Position numbers and translations under genes: made by a program. DNA of 64,000 nucleotides from an uncultured Acidobacteriaceae bacterium (GTDB lineage: Bacteria; Acidobacteriota; Terriglobia; Acidiferrales; UBA7541), in contig CAZIWR010000001.1 in the NCBI GenBank assembly GCA_964542805.1, positions 2,600 through 66,599 of the forward strand. Reading direction: 5' to 3'. This document shows positions 1 to 9,437 of the stretch, one piece after another. Below the pieces are notes generated by a model, which was not told where the DNA came from, did not search any database, and saw only the letters and a program-made list of their open reading frames with translations. Numbering within the stretch: the first letter of the stretch is position 1; each line of letters opens with the position of its first letter.

Positions 1-2673
1 GCGTTTTTCCATTCGCGCCAAGTCATACACGGCGAGCTGCCCGGTTTCGTTCTCCACGCACAGCAGCTTGCTCGCCGACGACACCGTTGCGTTCCTCCCG
101 AACACGCGTCCTTTCTGCTCCCCGCTGGCTAGGGAATAGACTTGCACGCGGTTGCTGGAATCCACGATGACCACGTGGTCGCCCACGGCGTAGGCCCGTT
201 CGATGTGGAAAGACCCCTTGCCCGTCTCGATCAACAGCCGGCCAAGAGTTTTTCCACTGCGCGCTTCTACCGCTTCCAGCAAGTAATCACCCTCCTTTTC
301 TTTCATCGCCGCCAGCCGCGCCTTCAGCGATGGGTCGCTATTGATCGTATCCTTCGCGTGACTTTCATTCAGATGCCACCAGAGCACCATCGTCGGGGAC
401 CCTGCCCCGACGTACGTGCCCGGGCGTTCTTTGGGAAACGCGCGGGACCAAATGGCTTGCCGAGTGCGGACGTTTTGGACTTCCAGTGTCACGTTCTTTT
501 GCGTTCCGCCACCCTTCTTGTTCGCTTTGATCAACACGAGGTATTCGCCGTACTGCCGCGCGTTGTCCTCTTCGATCTTCGGGCCGTCAAAAGTTTCCCG
601 ATTGCCGAGGCTCAGCACTGCGATCTTCCGTTCGGTCTTTTCAAACTTCGGGAAATCGGCATACACCGCGCCGTCTTCGCCGAAGTACGCTCCGCGGAAG
701 CCGCGCGTGTGGAATACGCGCTCGCCCCTGTCGAGTTTCCAGACGCCTCCGCGGCTCTTTTGGGAAATGGCCAGGTATTGCATGTCCGTCGAGAGAGCGG
801 TGGCGCGCAGCGGGCCCAGCGTGCTCCGCGGCAGCGACACTCGCGCGATCGGGTTCTGGACATCCTTGCGGTAGAGCGCGATTTCGCCGCTGCGCCGCTC
901 GCTGACCCAGTCCTTGTCGAAAACATCAAATGCCTGCGTGCGGTTCGCTACGAAGATTTTTTTCGTGTCCAGGTCCATCACTCCGAGCGCAAATTTTTCG
1001 ATCGGACGTAGCAAAACGTAATTTCCCTTGGCTGGCGCGCTCACAGTAGCGGCGCCCACGATGATTTCGGTGATCACTTCGCCGGACGGGAACTTGACCA
1101 GCACCGCCTTGCCCTTCGAGTCGTCTTCGCGCGCGCCGATCAGCCGGTCGTCGTCATAAAATGCGAAGCTGCGCCCGAGCAGCCGTTTGATCGAACCCGG
1201 CAGTGAAATGGCAGTCTTCGTTTTCAGGTCGAACGCCAGCTCCCCATCGCGATGCGCGGCCACGAAATAGTGCGCATCCGGCGAAAAGCCCATGCGAACC
1301 CAGCTGATGGTGATGTCTTCTTCGGAAATCCGCGCAAGAAACATTAGAAAATACGCCTGAAAAAAGTCCGGGATAAAGAAACTCTTCTTCTGGTAGGCCA
1401 GCGCTCCGTCGGCCACGGTATAAAGGTTCAGATCGAAATCGCCGCTCAAGCAAGCGAGAAATTTTCCGTCCGGCGACAGAGCCGCCTGTATGCAGCCCTT
1501 GGAGACGGTCATCTCGAATACGTCCGTGCGTTGTTCGTCCTCGATGTTCCAGCGTTCCACGCGCAAGTCCGGGCGGTGGAACACCACCGATTTGCTGTCT
1601 GGTGTGAACTGCCCGGGGTAAGCCTCTGGCGCGTCGATGCGGAAAAGTGACGCCAGCGGTTCGCGGCTCAGGACGTAGATACTCGCGTCATTCTGGGCCA
1701 GGATAAACTTTCCATCGGTGCTGAATTTCAGGTGGTTGATATCGTCCTGCAGCGGCGGCTCGAGCACCTGCTTTTTCATCACCGCATGGAGCGACTCCCG
1801 GCGGCCCAACCCGGAATAGGCCACCACTGCCGCCTGCCATTTCTGATATTCCTCGGGCGGCGGCGCGGTTCGCGTAACCGTGCACGATGCCGGCAGAGCG
1901 TTTGCTTGTTTCAACATCTCGCGCAGGCGCTTCTGCTCCGCCGTCGTGAACCTGAAAAAGTCGCCCAGCGCGCTTCCGATCTTCCCTTTTACTTCCTGGG
2001 AACGGTCCCAGAACGCGGCCACTGCCGGAGGCGAGTAACCTGCTTGAGCCACCAGGTAGAGGCCGGCACGGTCGGCGTCGAACTGCCCTTCCTGCGCTTC
2101 TCGGTCGCTCGTTTTTAACGCGCCCGGCTTGGTGAGGAGGTTATCGATGAGCCGATTGTATTTTTCGAAGATGTCCTTACGGTCGCTGACCTGCGTCACG
2201 CCGATGACTTTCTCGAACCACGCCGACAAGCGGATGGCGTTTTCGCGCATCAAGCTGTGTCCGATTTCGTGCCCCAGCACGCCGGCCAGTTCGTCTTCCG
2301 TGTGCGTTTGCGCCACGAGTTTCCGGGTAACGTACACGCGCCCGCCGGCCAGCGTAAACGCGTTTACCACCGGAATGTCCACCAGAAGAAACCGATAGTG
2401 GATCCCGCTCTTGGGCAACGGCACCGTCAGCCGGTCGCCGATCTGCTGCAGATACTCTGTCACTTGATCGTCAATGACGCGGAAATTGCGCTGCAAATGC
2501 TCCGTGACTGCCTCGCCCAGGTCCATTTCCTGCTGTTCGCTGAATATGATTTTTTCCTTGGGGTTGGGACGAAAATTTGGCGGCGGGCAGCTCTGCTGTG
2601 CCTCGAGCGGCGACGTGCCGAGGCAGAATCCCAGCAATAGGATCAAAGCGGAAAATGACGCGCGCAATTTCAT
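1..2673 (-). CDS. M48-family zinc metallopeptidase fused to a long beta-propeller-like C-terminal region (C-terminus runs off the left edge)
   Basis: Absent from the supplied track because no stop lies in the window. The reverse frame is open from ATG (2673-2671) to position 1, 891 codons. My translation starts MKLRASFSALILLLGFCLG (signal-peptide-like) and contains LAGVLGHEIGHSL (HExxH zinc motif in M48 context). About 600 aa of repeat-like beta-rich sequence follow (SPDGKFLA, FSPDAHYF). Confidence 0.75.
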   Translation of the reverse strand, partial: MKLRASFSALILLLGFCLGTSPLEAQQSCPPPNFRPNPKEKIIFSEQQEMDLGEAVTEHLQRNFRVIDDQVTEYLQQIGDRLTVPLPKSGIHYRFLLVDIPVVNAFTLAGGRVYVTRKLVAQTHTEDELAGVLGHEIGHSLMRENAIRLSAWFEKVIGVTQVSDRKDIFEKYNRLIDNLLTKPGALKTSDREAQEGQFDADRAGLYLVAQAGYSPPAVAAFWDRSQEVKGKIGSALGDFFRFTTAEQKRLREMLKQANALPASCTVTRTAPPPEEYQKWQAAVVAYSGLGRRESLHAVMKKQVLEPPLQDDINHLKFSTDGKFILAQNDASIYVLSREPLASLFRIDAPEAYPGQFTPDSKSVVFHRPDLRVERWNIEDEQRTDVFEMTVSKGCIQAALSPDGKFLACLSGDFDLNLYTVADGALAYQKKSFFIPDFFQAYFLMFLARISEEDITISWVRMGFSPDAHYFVAAHRDGELAFDLKTKTAISLPGSIKRLLGRSFAFYDDDRLIGAREDDSKGKAVLVKFPSGEVITEIIVGAATVSAPAKGNYVLLRPIEKFALGVMDLDTKKIFVANRTQAFDVFDKDWVSERRSGEIALYRKDVQNPIARVSLPRSTLGPLRATALSTDMQYLAISQKSRGGVWKLDRGERVFHTRGFRGAYFGEDGAVYADFPKFEKTERKIAVLSLGNRETFDGPKIEEDNARQYGEYLVLIKANKKGGGTQKNVTLEVQNVRTRQAIWSRAFPKERPGTYVGAGSPTMVLWWHLNESHAKDTINSDPSLKARLAAMKEKEGDYLLEAVEARSGKTLGRLLIETGKGSFHIERAYAVGDHVVIVDSSNRVQVYSLASGEQKGRVFGRNATVSSASKLLCVENETGQLAVYDLARMEKR

Positions 2674-2784
2674 GCGGGCCCCCTTCTGGATGGGATACCC
2701 AGCCGTTATTTGGCGCGACGGTAACACTGCCGGCAAACAATTACAAGCAGCGGCCGGCGAACTTCGATTTTCGTTTTTCGTTGC

Positions 2785-3723
2785 TTACTTCTGGTAGGTG
2801 GACGCGTACCACTCCCACGTGCGCTTCAATCCTTCTGCGAACGCGACGCTGGGTTGGTAGCCGAGGATTTTCCGAGCCAGAGAAATGTCGGCCTGGGAGT
2901 GAAGGATGTCGCCGGTGCGCGGCGGATCGTACTTGGCCTGCGTGTTTTTGCCGGAGATTTTTCCCAGCAGGCGCAGCGTTTCGTTCAGCGTGAAGCGCTC
3001 GCCGGTACCCACGTTGAAGACCTTGCCCGACGCGCCGGGTGCTTCGCAGGCGCGCAGCGTGGCGTCCACCACGTTGGCCACGAAGGTGAAATCGCGCGAC
3101 TGCTCGCCATCGCCGAACACGCTTGGCTGCTTGCCTTCCAGCAGCGCGGTGATGAACCGCGAGAGCACGCCGGAATATTGCGAGGAGGGGTCCTGCCGCG
3201 GGCCGAACACGTTGAAGTAACGCAGCGAAACGTTTTCCAGCCCGTACACGCGCCCGCACACCTGCGCGTAGAGCTCGCCGACGAGTTTGGTCACGCCGTA
3301 GGGCGAAATGGGAGCAGGCTCCATGCTCTCTATCTTCGGAAGGGTGGGCGTTTCGCCGTAGGCCGAGGACGACGCGGCAAACACCACGCGCTTCACTTTG
3401 GCGTCGCGCGCGGCGATCAGCACGTTGAGCGTGCCGTCCACGTTGACGCGGTTGGTCTCGATCGGCTCCAGCACCGAACGCGGCACGGAAGTGCGCGCGG
3501 CCAGATGAATCACATAATCCCCGCCGCGGCACGCGCTCGCCACCGTCTCCAAATCGCAGACGCTGCCCTTGCGCAGTTCCACCTTTCCCGCCAGGTGCGC
3601 GAGGTTCGCTTCCTTGCCGCTGGAGAGGTCGTCGAGCACAGCCACGCTGTGCCCGCGGCGCGCCAGTTCCTCCGCGATATGCGAACCGATGAAACCCGCG
3701 CCGCCGGTCACCAGATAACGCAT
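2785..3723 (-). CDS. NAD-dependent nucleotide-sugar epimerase/dehydratase (extended SDR, UDP-sugar 4-epimerase-like)
   Basis: Track ORF 2785..3831 trimmed to the internal ATG giving MRYLVTGGAGFIGSHIAEEL (Rossmann GxxGxxG). It also has the SPYGVTK YxxxK catalytic motif and is typical length, 312 aa. Confidence 0.85.
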   Translation of the reverse strand: MRYLVTGGAGFIGSHIAEELARRGHSVAVLDDLSSGKEANLAHLAGKVELRKGSVCDLETVASACRGGDYVIHLAARTSVPRSVLEPIETNRVNVDGTLNVLIAARDAKVKRVVFAASSSAYGETPTLPKIESMEPAPISPYGVTKLVGELYAQVCGRVYGLENVSLRYFNVFGPRQDPSSQYSGVLSRFITALLEGKQPSVFGDGEQSRDFTFVANVVDATLRACEAPGASGKVFNVGTGERFTLNETLRLLGKISGKNTQAKYDPPRTGDILHSQADISLARKILGYQPSVAFAEGLKRTWEWYASTYQK

Positions 3724-3959
3724 GCGAGCTTTCCTCCCGAAGGATCCGTACTGCAAAGGAGATGTAATTTGCCGCCCAAACTTTCCGGCTGGAGTCGAGC
3801 GGAGGCCGGCCGCCTGTGCCGCCGCCGGCACTGCCGTGCAGAGGCAAAATCTCCACCGAACGAATATAGTATGCCGGACGGAGCAGGAGCAAGGTGCGGC
3901 GCGCCCCGAGACACGCGAAAGGCAACGCCGTCGCAGCCCTCGGCCTCCAACAGAAAGTC

Positions 3960-4781
3960 ATGCGAAGAAGAAACCATCCAGGCGGGGTGCGCCGCGGTGC
4001 GACTGCCATCGCGCTCGCGGTCGTGTTGTTTGGCGGCGCCTCGGCGGCGCAGCCACAGGCGAACCGACCGCCGAAGAGCAACCCTCCCAAGGCCGATCCT
4101 GTACCCCCGGCTCTGGCGGTGCCGTTCCCCGTTGGTGAAAAGCTGGAATTCCGCGGTGGCTGGCAGTTTTATGACGGCGCGGCGACGCTCAAGCTGGCTG
4201 TCGTCGACCAGCGCCCCTTCTCCGGCCGCGCCGCGTGGCATTTCCAGGCGCTGGCCACCACGCTGAACCCGCTGCGCTACATCTTCATCCTCGACGACCA
4301 GTTTGATTCCTACAGCGACGCCGCGGAGCTCGCCAGCCGGCAATATGAAGCCTACATCCGCGAGCAGAACAAAAAAGAAGACCGCATTTCCCGCATGAGC
4401 CACGAGGACGAACCCGCTCCGGCCGCCGGCGCGGCGGTGCGCGTGCCGCCGGGCACCCGCGATCCGCTTGGCGCGCTTTACTTTCTGCGCACGGTGGACT
4501 GGGCACGCACCCCTGCGGTGGCCATGCCAGTGTACGACGGGAAGAAGCTCTACGAATTGCGGGCCCGGCTGGGACTCGCCGCCGAGCCGATCGAAGTGCC
4601 CGCCGGAAAATTCAGCGCATCGCGCATTGATCTGCGCGTTTACCACCGCGGCCTGGAGCTGGCTCAGGTGCGCATCTCCTTGTGGCTGGCCAAAGACGCC
4701 GCGCACACGCCGGTGCGCGTCGAAGCGGAGTTGCCCTTTGGTTCCGTCCGTGCCGAACTTTCCAGCGCCGAAGGCCCATAA
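3960..4781 (+). CDS. DUF3108-like secreted protein
   Basis: Track ORF 3894..4781. The likely start is MRRRNHPGG, followed by a hydrophobic signal (AIALAVVLFGGASAA). The motifs GEKLEFRGGW, YFLR and PAGKFSASRIDL resemble DUF3108 beta-barrel proteins. This is recollection, not searched. Confidence 0.5.
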   Translation: MRRRNHPGGVRRGATAIALAVVLFGGASAAQPQANRPPKSNPPKADPVPPALAVPFPVGEKLEFRGGWQFYDGAATLKLAVVDQRPFSGRAAWHFQALATTLNPLRYIFILDDQFDSYSDAAELASRQYEAYIREQNKKEDRISRMSHEDEPAPAAGAAVRVPPGTRDPLGALYFLRTVDWARTPAVAMPVYDGKKLYELRARLGLAAEPIEVPAGKFSASRIDLRVYHRGLELAQVRISLWLAKDAAHTPVRVEAELPFGSVRAELSSAEGP

Positions 4782-4845
4782 CCCCGGGGCAGGCGAAGCT
4801 GCTCCAACCATTACAATCTGCTGGGATGTTTTGGGAGAATCCGTT

Positions 4846-5190
4846 TCAGCCGGAAGTTTTCTTGAGCGGTTTCTCGCCGGGCGGTGGGAAATGGATACGC
4901 CAGAACTTGGGAGAATCCACGGTGAATTCGATGGCCATCTGCTTTTGGCCTGTTTTGTTCTCGCCCACAGCAGCCACGCGGCAAGGAATTTCTTCCTCCG
5001 TCACCAGGTTGGTAAAGAGCAGGTGCATGCCCGCATGATAGGTTTCCTGGACGTTGAGCAGCGCCCCGTACGAGCTCACCGTGTCCGTGGTCACTTCTTC
5101 ATAGATGACGCTCTTGTCTTTCCGCGACCCGTAGATACGCCCCGGAATTCGCATGAAGATGCGTTGACTGCGTCGCCGCTCGAATTGCAT
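4846..5190 (-). CDS. PilZ-domain protein (paralog 1)
   Basis: 114 aa. The N-terminal ERRRSQR fits the PilZ RxxxR motif. The second motif reads TVSSYG, so SxxG is present but the D/N position is T. Shares a C-terminal FW..FPP signature with the next gene. Confidence 0.6.
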   Translation of the reverse strand: MQFERRRSQRIFMRIPGRIYGSRKDKSVIYEEVTTDTVSSYGALLNVQETYHAGMHLLFTNLVTEEEIPCRVAAVGENKTGQKQMAIEFTVDSPKFWRIHFPPPGEKPLKKTSG

Positions 5191-5413
5191 AGCCCTTCCT
5201 TCACTCGTAGAAATCGAGATGCGCGCGCCGTCCCCGGCAGTTGTATACGAAAGGAGTGATTTGCTCCGGTTCCAGCGGCTGTGATTATCTCATCGGCAAG
5301 CAACAAATCAAATCACCTGCCTGCGGAGATTGCCCCAGCAGCAACATGCAAAGAGGATTCGGCCGTTGAAGAAGTCTGCGCCCGCACTGCGCGCTACGCG
5401 TAGTGCGCGGCCG

Positions 5414-5803
5414 TTACGGTTCGGGCGGGGCCAGATTCTCCGGGGACCAATCCGCCGGCGGGAAGGTCACCCCCCAGAAGTGTCCGGCGGGATTGGCAAA
5501 CTCAAAGCCTACTTCGCCTTTTCCGTCCTTCATCGGCCCGAGGAAAACCACTGTAGCCTCAACCTGCTTGTTGGTGGCTTGGTTCAGCAAAGTAATTTTG
5601 TCGCCCACAGCGAGGATGGCCGCAATGGCAATCAGCCCGCCGTGCGCGCTCACCACCATCGTCTGGGTCTCTTCCCGAAACACCTGTTGCTGCTGGTCCG
5701 TTCCCTCTACGCAGACGGGAATGCGCAAGAGCAGGCGGTGGCTGCGCCGCTTCTCGTGGTGCGGAAGCAGGACGTATGGTGGGGAACCCGTAGCCATGCG
5801 CAT
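5414..5803 (-). CDS. PilZ-domain protein (paralog 2)
   Basis: 129 aa. EKRRSHR (RxxxR), VVSAHG (SxxG, D/N position is V) and C-terminal HFWGVTFPP. Alignable by eye with 4846..5190. Confidence 0.55.
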   Translation of the reverse strand: MRMATGSPPYVLLPHHEKRRSHRLLLRIPVCVEGTDQQQQVFREETQTMVVSAHGGLIAIAAILAVGDKITLLNQATNKQVEATVVFLGPMKDGKGEVGFEFANPAGHFWGVTFPPADWSPENLAPPEP

Positions 5804-5881
5804 ACCCTAGCGCGGCTCTTGGGTTATGGCAACCGGAACTGTCGAGATGCCCAGAGCCAGCCCCGCCAAGATGGCAGAAAC

Positions 5882-6478
5882 TCACGCCCCGCCGCGCGCC
5901 GCGCACATTTTCTCGATCAGCCCGCAGACGATGTGGCCGATGGTGATGTGTGCTTCCTGGATGCGCTGCGCATCACGCGAGGGCACGTTAATCAGCAAGT
6001 CCGCGAGCGGGGCCAGCTTGCCGCCGGTCTCCCCGGTTAGCGCGACAACGTACGCACCGCGCGCGCGTGCGGCTTCCGCGCCATGCACGATGTTGGGGCT
6101 CATGCCGCTGGTGGAGAGCGCCACCAGCACGTCACCCGCCGTCACCAGCGATTCCACCTGCCTCGCGAAAATCCTCTCGAAGCCATAGTCGTTGCCCGCG
6201 GCCGTGAGCACCGACGTGTTGGTGGTCAAAGCCAGCGCCGCCAGTCCCGGCCGCTCGGCTTGCAGACGCACGGTCAGCTCCGCGGCCAGGTGCTGCGCGT
6301 CTGCGGCGCTGCCTCCGTTGCCGAAAAACACAATCTTCTTCCCTTGCTGGAGCGCCGCCGCGGATTTCGCCGCGAATTCTGCCATGCGCCGCAGCAATTC
6401 CTCGGAAAAGCTCTGCTTCACGCGGCAGCTTTCCGCGAGTTGCTCCCGAATTTGTGACAGGGGATCGCTCATTGCCAA
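5882..6478 (-). CDS. gmhA: D-sedoheptulose-7-phosphate isomerase (SIS domain)
   Basis: 198 aa. FFGNGGSAADAQHLAAEL and ALSTSGMSPN are classic GmhA/SIS motifs. Confidence 0.85.
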   Translation of the reverse strand: MAMSDPLSQIREQLAESCRVKQSFSEELLRRMAEFAAKSAAALQQGKKIVFFGNGGSAADAQHLAAELTVRLQAERPGLAALALTTNTSVLTAAGNDYGFERIFARQVESLVTAGDVLVALSTSGMSPNIVHGAEAARARGAYVVALTGETGGKLAPLADLLINVPSRDAQRIQEAHITIGHIVCGLIEKMCAARGGA

Positions 6479-6512
6479 TTGTGCTGGGGCCTACGGAATT
6501 GGCCCGCCGTAC

Positions 6513-7868
6513 TCAACACAACACAACCTTTTCCCGGTTCCGCGTGATGCGCCGCGTGGCGTTGCGCGTATCCACCACCAGCTGCGACGCATCCACGATG
6601 GCTTGCATGTCGTAGCTGGAATGATCAGTGGCCAGCAGCACGCAGTCGTACGCGGCCAGATTCTGCGGCGTTAACTCCACGGATTTCAAATGCGAGTAGT
6701 CGTAGTGCCGCATCTTGGGGAGTTGCGGGAAGTACGGGTCGTTGTAGTGCAGGATGGCGCCGCGCTCGTTCAGCAACTGCATCAGCTTCAGCGAAGGCGA
6801 CTCCCGCAGGTCGTCCACGTCCTTCTTGTACGACACGCCCAGCAGCAAAATCTTCGAGCCTTTCAGCGCCTTGCGCCGCTGGTTCAGCGCGTCGGCCACC
6901 GAGTTAATCACGTGGTACGGCATGGACGTGTTGATTTCGCCGGCCAGCGCAATGAAGCGCGCTTCGAAGTCGTACTCGCGCGCCTTCCAGGAAAGGTAGT
7001 AGGGGTCCAGTGGAATGCAGTGCCCGCCGATGCCCGGCCCCGGCTGGAAGGCCATAAAACCGAATGGCTTCGTCGCACTGGCCTCAATCACTTCCCAGAT
7101 GTCTATGCCCATGCGCTGCGAAAGCAGCTTTAGCTCGTTTACCAGCGCGATGTTCACGCTGCGGAAAATGTTTTCGAGCAGCTTGCTCATCTCCGCTTCG
7201 CGCGTCGAGCTTACCGGGATCACCCGCGCCACGATCTGCCCGTAGAGCAGCTCCGCCGCGCGACGGCTCGGCAGGTTGATGCCTCCCACCACTTTCGGAA
7301 TCTGCGCCAGCCCGAACTGTTTGTTGCCGGGGTCCTCGCGCTCCGGCGAAAACGCCAGATAGAAATCCGTTTTCACGTTGTCGTTGGTTCCCGCGCGCGC
7401 GATGGGACACTTCAGCCCGCCCTCCTCCAGGATGGGCAGCACCAGCTCCTCCGTGGTGCCGGGGTAGGTGGTGCTCTCCAGCACGATCAACTGGTTACGC
7501 TGCAGGTTCGGCGCAATGGCCCGCGCCGTTTCTTCCACGTAGGACAGGTCCGGCTCGCGCCGCTCGTCCAGAGGCGTTGGTACGCAGATCAGCACTGCGT
7601 CCATCTCTTTCAGCCGCGCAAAATCCGTCGTGGCGCCAAAGCATTTTTCACCGACGAACTTTGCAATCGTGGCTTCGGGGATGTGCAGGATGTAGGTTTG
7701 CCCGGCGTTGAGCTTTTCCACTTTTTGCTTGTCGGTGTCGAAGCCGGTCACTCGATGGCCTATCTCGCAGAAGCGCAGCGCCAGCGGCAGCCCTACGTAG
7801 CCGCACCCGATGATCCCGATGTGCAGGTCTTTTCCTCCAAAAAACTCCGGCTTGCGCTCTGTGCCCAT
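6513..7868 (-). CDS. Nucleotide-sugar dehydrogenase (UDP-GlcNAc/UDP-ManNAc 6-dehydrogenase family)
   Basis: Track ORF 6513..8129 trimmed to the ATG at 7868 (MGTERKPEFFGGKDLHIGIIGCGYVGLPLA, an NAD-binding GxGxxG). The catalytic-Cys context GGHCIPLDPYYL is present. 451 aa. Confidence 0.85.
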   Translation of the reverse strand: MGTERKPEFFGGKDLHIGIIGCGYVGLPLALRFCEIGHRVTGFDTDKQKVEKLNAGQTYILHIPEATIAKFVGEKCFGATTDFARLKEMDAVLICVPTPLDERREPDLSYVEETARAIAPNLQRNQLIVLESTTYPGTTEELVLPILEEGGLKCPIARAGTNDNVKTDFYLAFSPEREDPGNKQFGLAQIPKVVGGINLPSRRAAELLYGQIVARVIPVSSTREAEMSKLLENIFRSVNIALVNELKLLSQRMGIDIWEVIEASATKPFGFMAFQPGPGIGGHCIPLDPYYLSWKAREYDFEARFIALAGEINTSMPYHVINSVADALNQRRKALKGSKILLLGVSYKKDVDDLRESPSLKLMQLLNERGAILHYNDPYFPQLPKMRHYDYSHLKSVELTPQNLAAYDCVLLATDHSSYDMQAIVDASQLVVDTRNATRRITRNREKVVLC

Positions 7869-8030
7869 GGTGATGAGTTCAACTCCCTTCGAAGCTCTCG
7901 CAAAATGAACACCGACTATAGCAAGATTCGGCTTTGCGAAACAGCCACGCTGCACCGCCGGTGTGGATTCGCTAACGTCCTGCAGTTCCATCAATTTGAT
8001 AGAATGACGGCGTTTCGGCGGGGCCGCACA

Positions 8031-8288
8031 ATGCCCGCCACAGGGAACCCCGTGAGCAAACACAAAAAGGCGGCCAGGAAGGCGTCCACAAGACTCTCCG
8101 CCGATCAGGCCACGGAACAAATCGTGCAAATGATCGCGAGCAGCATCGCGTCGCTACCCAAGAAAGAGCGCCTCGCTGCCATGCAAGCATTCGACCTGAC
8201 GGCAAACGCACTCTCCGCGAGCAGAAAGAAAACGGCGAAGCCGCGGAAATCTCCGGCGTCACGCCCTTCCCGCACGCGCCACAAATGA
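8031..8288 (+). CDS. Hypothetical small basic protein
   Basis: Distal part of track ORF 7683..8288, whose 5' part is antisense to the dehydrogenase. Lys/Arg-rich with no recognisable domain. Start uncertain. Confidence 0.25.
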   Translation: MPATGNPVSKHKKAARKASTRLSADQATEQIVQMIASSIASLPKKERLAAMQAFDLTANALSASRKKTAKPRKSPASRPSRTRHK

Positions 8289-8420
8289 CACGAACCCGCC
8301 GCGCCACTGCTTCGCGCTTTTCGCCGGCCAATCGAAGCCACGCGCTTGCGAATTCCTGTTGCCCCGCGCCGCAGCCATGCCGCAATATGGCGTGCGCGTC
8401 CCGCAGGACTGTGGAATCGC

Positions 8421-9275
8421 ATGTCTGAGGTATTCCTACTCTTGCTGCTTGGCCTGGCCGTCGGCGTCACTGTCGGCCTGATGGGTGTTGGCGGCGGCAT
8501 CGTCCTCGTGCCCGCGCTCATTTACCTCCTCAACATGGACCAGCACGTGGCGCAGGGCACCTCGCTGCTTCTGCAACTCCCCCCTATCGGCATCGGCGGA
8601 CTGTATTTTTACTGGAAGCAGCGTCACGTGGATCTGCGCGCCGGCCTCGTCTGTGCACTGGGTTTTCTCTGTGGCGGCTACTTTGGCAGCAACCTCGCGC
8701 TCAGCATTCCTTCCCGCGATCTCCACGCCATGTTTGGGATTTTCCTGATGTTCGCCGCCGTCATGCTCTGGCGGCAAACCCGTTCGGCAGGCTCCCCTCG
8801 GCAAATCTCGGGGCAAGCAGGGCAGGCGCGCGTGCCCAAGTCGGCATCCGCGGACGCGCCCGCAGCCGACGCGTCCAACCCGGATGCCGTGGCCAAAAAG
8901 AACGGCACTCGCGATTTGAGTATTTTTCTGGTCGCTTCTGCTGTGGGCGTGATGGGCGGAATGTTCGGCGTGGGCGGCGGGGTGATGCTGGTGCCACTGC
9001 TCGTGCTCCTCTTTCACTTCGACCAGCACACCGCGCAGGGCACCAGTCTCGTGGCGCTCGTGCCGCCCACCGGCCTGCTGGCCTTTCTCAACTACTGGCA
9101 CGCCGGCGACGTTCGCTTCCAGGTCGGCTTCTTGCTGATGCCCGGCGTTTTTCTCGGCGCGCTGGCCGGCAGCAAGTTCGCCTTGCAGCTCTCTCCGCGA
9201 GGCATGCGCCGCGTCTTCGCCGTCCTCCTCTTTCTCCTTGGCTCATGGCAGGCGATTCGTTCTTGGCTTCGCTGA
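8421..9275 (+). CDS. TauE/SafE (TSUP, DUF81) family anion-exporter-like membrane protein
   Basis: Track ORF 8346..9275 trimmed to MSEVFLLLLLGLAVG. It has the duplicated motif GVGGGxxLVPxLxxLxxxDQHxAQGTSL in both halves, typical of TSUP transporters. Confidence 0.8.
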   Translation: MSEVFLLLLLGLAVGVTVGLMGVGGGIVLVPALIYLLNMDQHVAQGTSLLLQLPPIGIGGLYFYWKQRHVDLRAGLVCALGFLCGGYFGSNLALSIPSRDLHAMFGIFLMFAAVMLWRQTRSAGSPRQISGQAGQARVPKSASADAPAADASNPDAVAKKNGTRDLSIFLVASAVGVMGGMFGVGGGVMLVPLLVLLFHFDQHTAQGTSLVALVPPTGLLAFLNYWHAGDVRFQVGFLLMPGVFLGALAGSKFALQLSPRGMRRVFAVLLFLLGSWQAIRSWLR

Positions 9276-9437
9276 ACTCTGGCCCTCTTCGTGCAATTCC
9301 ATCCTCTCGATAAGTCAAGCCGTCGCCAAGATGCTTGCTTTTCAAGAGCGAATCGCGGCGGCAGGAGCCGGGGTGCGCCCCAATCTGGCACGCCTCCGCA
9401 ATGGTCTGTCCCTTTTTGATATCGCGCCCGGCGTGGC

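Noticed and set aside
142-1011. 289-aa plus-strand ORF, and nested ORFs 416..874 and 612..929, in the first kilobase
   Set aside because: They are antisense or out of frame relative to the open M48 peptidase frame (1..2673, minus). The composition is Arg/Ala/Val-rich with no motifs, typical of shadow ORFs in high-GC DNA.
2741-4811. Long ORFs 2741..4090 (-), 2854..4266 (+) and 3708..4811 (-)
   Set aside because: They overlap the well-supported epimerase (2785..3723) and the DUF3108-like gene in other frames or strands. They are extremely Arg/Gly/Ala-rich with no domain signatures.
7869-8129. N-terminal extension of track ORF 6513..8129
   Set aside because: The Rossmann motif begins right after the internal ATG at 7868. 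The extension has no homology-like features and would intrude into the divergent promoter region.
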